From assembly GCA_038214755.1 (NCBI GenBank), contig JBBQRQ010000054.1:1-32930 (forward strand): a DNA stretch of 32,930 bases, written 5' to 3'. Shown here one piece after another: positions 29,221-32,930 of this stretch (positions are counted from its first letter, which is position 1; the number at the start of each line of letters is the position of its first letter). A program made the position numbers and the translations under genes. The DNA is from Verrucomicrobiota bacterium. Its GTDB lineage: Bacteria; Verrucomicrobiota; Verrucomicrobiia; Limisphaerales; CANJXF01. Under the pieces are notes generated by a model. It ran no database searches. It was not told the origin of the DNA and saw nothing but the letters and a program-made list of their open reading frames with translations.

Positions 29221-29221
29221 A

Positions 29222-30570
<1,349 letters not shown>

Positions 30571-30574
<4 letters not shown>

Positions 30575-32715
30575 TTCGATAATTTTTGCAGAGGCAGAAA
30601 TATCCTGAAGGTCGTGCCTTTGCCCAGTTCGCTTTCCGCTTCGATCCTGCCCCCATGCGCTTCGACAATCATTTTGCTCTGAAACATACCAATGCCAAGT
30701 CCGCTTTTTTTCGTCGTTTGGAAAGGACGGAAAAGAGATCGAGTAAGAAATTCCGCGCTCATCCCGCAACCATTATCGGCGACAGTGAGAATCCCCCAGC
30801 CATCGTTGTGTTGAGTGTCAATTTGGATGCGGCCATCTTTCGATAAAGCCTCTCTCGCGTTAAGCACAAGATTGGTGATCACTTTAAGAATTTGCTCTCG
30901 ATCCAATAACATCCGGGGAAGCGAACGAAGCTCTTTGGCTATAGCGACATCAGTTACTTTTTCCCAATCAGCCAAAGCGTTGGAAATCACTTCATTGAGG
31001 TCAGTCTCCGTGAGATTGATTTTTACTTCATGCCGCAAGTGGCCTAGTCGTCCGATCAGATGATTGATATGATCTACTGATTTAGCGATACCCCGCAACG
31101 CATCCTCCCGAAAGGCAGGGTCATCAAAATGCACCGGCAGATTGCGCAGCATGAGGTTGAGGGTGGAGGCCGTATTCTTCAAGTCGTGCACAAAAAAGGC
31201 AGACATGGTTTGGAACGCTTCAAGTTCTTTGGCCTGCAAAAGTTTTTGAGATAGTTGGACGTTACTCAAGCCGGCCGCCACTTCGTCCCCAATGCATTTG
31301 AGCAAGTCGAAATCCTGTTGCAAAAAAGGCGCCCCACTCACCCGATCCCCCAAAGTCATCAGCCCCAGAACCTCCCCGGCCAGTATCAGCGGAACGCAAA
31401 CGCGGCTGCCTCCTTTTCGAAACTCATCAGGATGACAACGCCGTAACGCGGCCGCCCACTTCTCGGTGGAGGAATCAATATCGATCGGCTCTGGATGATT
31501 TCGCAAAGCACGAATAACTTCGGCGGCGTCGGCGCTTTGCGGAGTCAAACTGTTCCCTTTGTTGTCCGAGAATGAAGTCGAAGCGGTGAAGGCCAGCTTC
31601 TCTTTTTTATCGTCCACCAACCAAATGGATACGGAGAGGACCTGGAAGATATTGGCCACCAGCTTCGCCGCAGCCCGGCAAAGTTCCGTCGGTTCGATGC
31701 AGGAGGCCGTGCTTTCAGAGAAGCTTTTCCAAATAGCGCGATAATCGTAGATCGGCCTTTGAAAATGCCGGCTGATAAAACGCCTTGTCCGCAGTCGCAC
31801 CCGATCGGAGAGCAACAGCATGGTAAAAAATACCAGCGCAACCAAAACGAGAAATGCTTTCAAAGTAAAAGCTTTTTCGCCGCCCAAAGCCGAAACTACT
31901 TTGGCGAATAATCCAACGATCACCAGATAGACTCCCGCCAGCACCACGGTGAAAGAATTATGCAGGACGGAATGAGACGGATAAACATTCACTTCGAAAT
32001 GACCTTCGCGAAAGAGGGAACGCAGGACTAACAAACATCCAACGAGGAGCGCGGTGAAGTTGACGGATTGAAGCGAAAGGTCTATGGCGTGAAACAAAAG
32101 AATTTGGGTGCTGGTGTAAGCCCGCGCCGCGAACAAGATACCCACGCCGAGTAACATGAATTTGATTCGCCACCGCATCGTCCCGACGGACGCGCGAAAG
32201 GTGCGTTCCAAATTCATCAGCACCAACAGGGCCCCAAGAAAAAACAGGAAGTTTAGAATGAAGCCCGGTGTTCCGAGGATAAAGACCAGATGGTTTCCTT
32301 CGAGGGACCTACCAACGGAGGAGATCAATTTCGCTCGATATAAAAAAGCCACACTGACCGGCAACAGGAACGCGCCTGCTAAGAGAAACCGCCATTTGCG
32401 CACGGAACTTTGATAATCTCCCCGGGAGTAGCTCAATGCGAAAAAAAGCCAAGGTCCGGGCATGCAAGACATGGCGAGAAGCCGAAGGTTTTGCCAACGA
32501 ATCATTTCTTCAGGCAGAGTCGCCATGGCGGATAATGCCGAAAAAATACTTTCTATGGTCAGCGCTAACATTCCGAGCACGAAAGCCCAATGCGTGACGG
32601 AACGGCGTTCCTGCCAGGCTACTCCGAACGCCAACGCACCGCTGAAAAAAATGCTCAGAACGGCCAAGGCCACAGCAGAATTCATAAAGTAATTTGAAAG
32701 CAAATTTAGAAGCAT
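30571..32715 (-). CDS. prsK: PEP-CTERM system histidine kinase PrsK
   Basis: Multi-TM N-terminus, YDYR..W, GAF domain, AFFVHDLKN H-box, DNGCGMS, LFRPFQTTKKSGLGIG; start may be 32685. Confidence 0.88.
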
Positions 32716-32820
32716 GAAAGATTCTCCAACGTTGGTGGGAAAGACAACAAAATCCTCAGCGTAGTTCCTAGCGGGGGGCGCAGCTTGACGATGTGTTGCC
32801 CAAATGTTTTTCCATCGCGT

Positions 32821-32870
32821 GTAGGGCAGGCTTTCCAGCCTGCCGGTTCCGGGGACTTTCTAGTCCCCGG
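32821..32870 (+). repeat. GTAG REP unit of the family inserted in sucA
   Basis: GTAGGGCAGGCTTTCCAGCCTGCCGGTTCCGGGGACTTTCTAGTCCCCGG parallels 11016-11064. Confidence 0.8.
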
Positions 32871-32930
32871 AAATCTGCGAGAAAAACGTCATATCATTTT
32901 TTACGAAACTGGAAAGTTTCGTAACCGGCA

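Overview
Bacterial chromosomal window, most likely Verrucomicrobiota (Pedosphaera/Limisphaerales-like). This is inferred from three prepilin/H-X9-DG paralogues, a sulfatase, a secreted protein with an FYRL-type C-terminus and PrsK/PrsR. Left to right: DUF4149-like membrane protein; truncated EamA start; a Cys/His-rich putative leader ORF ending in RAPS; TolC plus CzcA-type heavy-metal RND pump with no adaptor gene; a frameshifted and an intact EamA; sucA-sucB-lpdA (minus strand); an accessory block of pilin-like proteins, hydrolases, a redoxin-heme c-copper monooxygenase fusion, a large secreted protein and a sulfatase; rpmH-rnpA-yidD-yidC-jag; and prsK-prsR. The window is dense in several families of palindromic REP/MITE-like elements. 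Main observations: (1) a cassette-like element with conserved ends (GCGYATYGRRWCCYTGAACC ... GGTTCAT) and unrelated palindromic cargo, whose removal restores a gene start at one locus and a hairpin at another; (2) REP palindromes translated in frame inside SucA (twice), SucB and YidD; (3) a candidate metal-sensing ribosome-arrest leader ahead of the adaptor-less efflux pump. All calls come from reading the sequence; no database searches were run.
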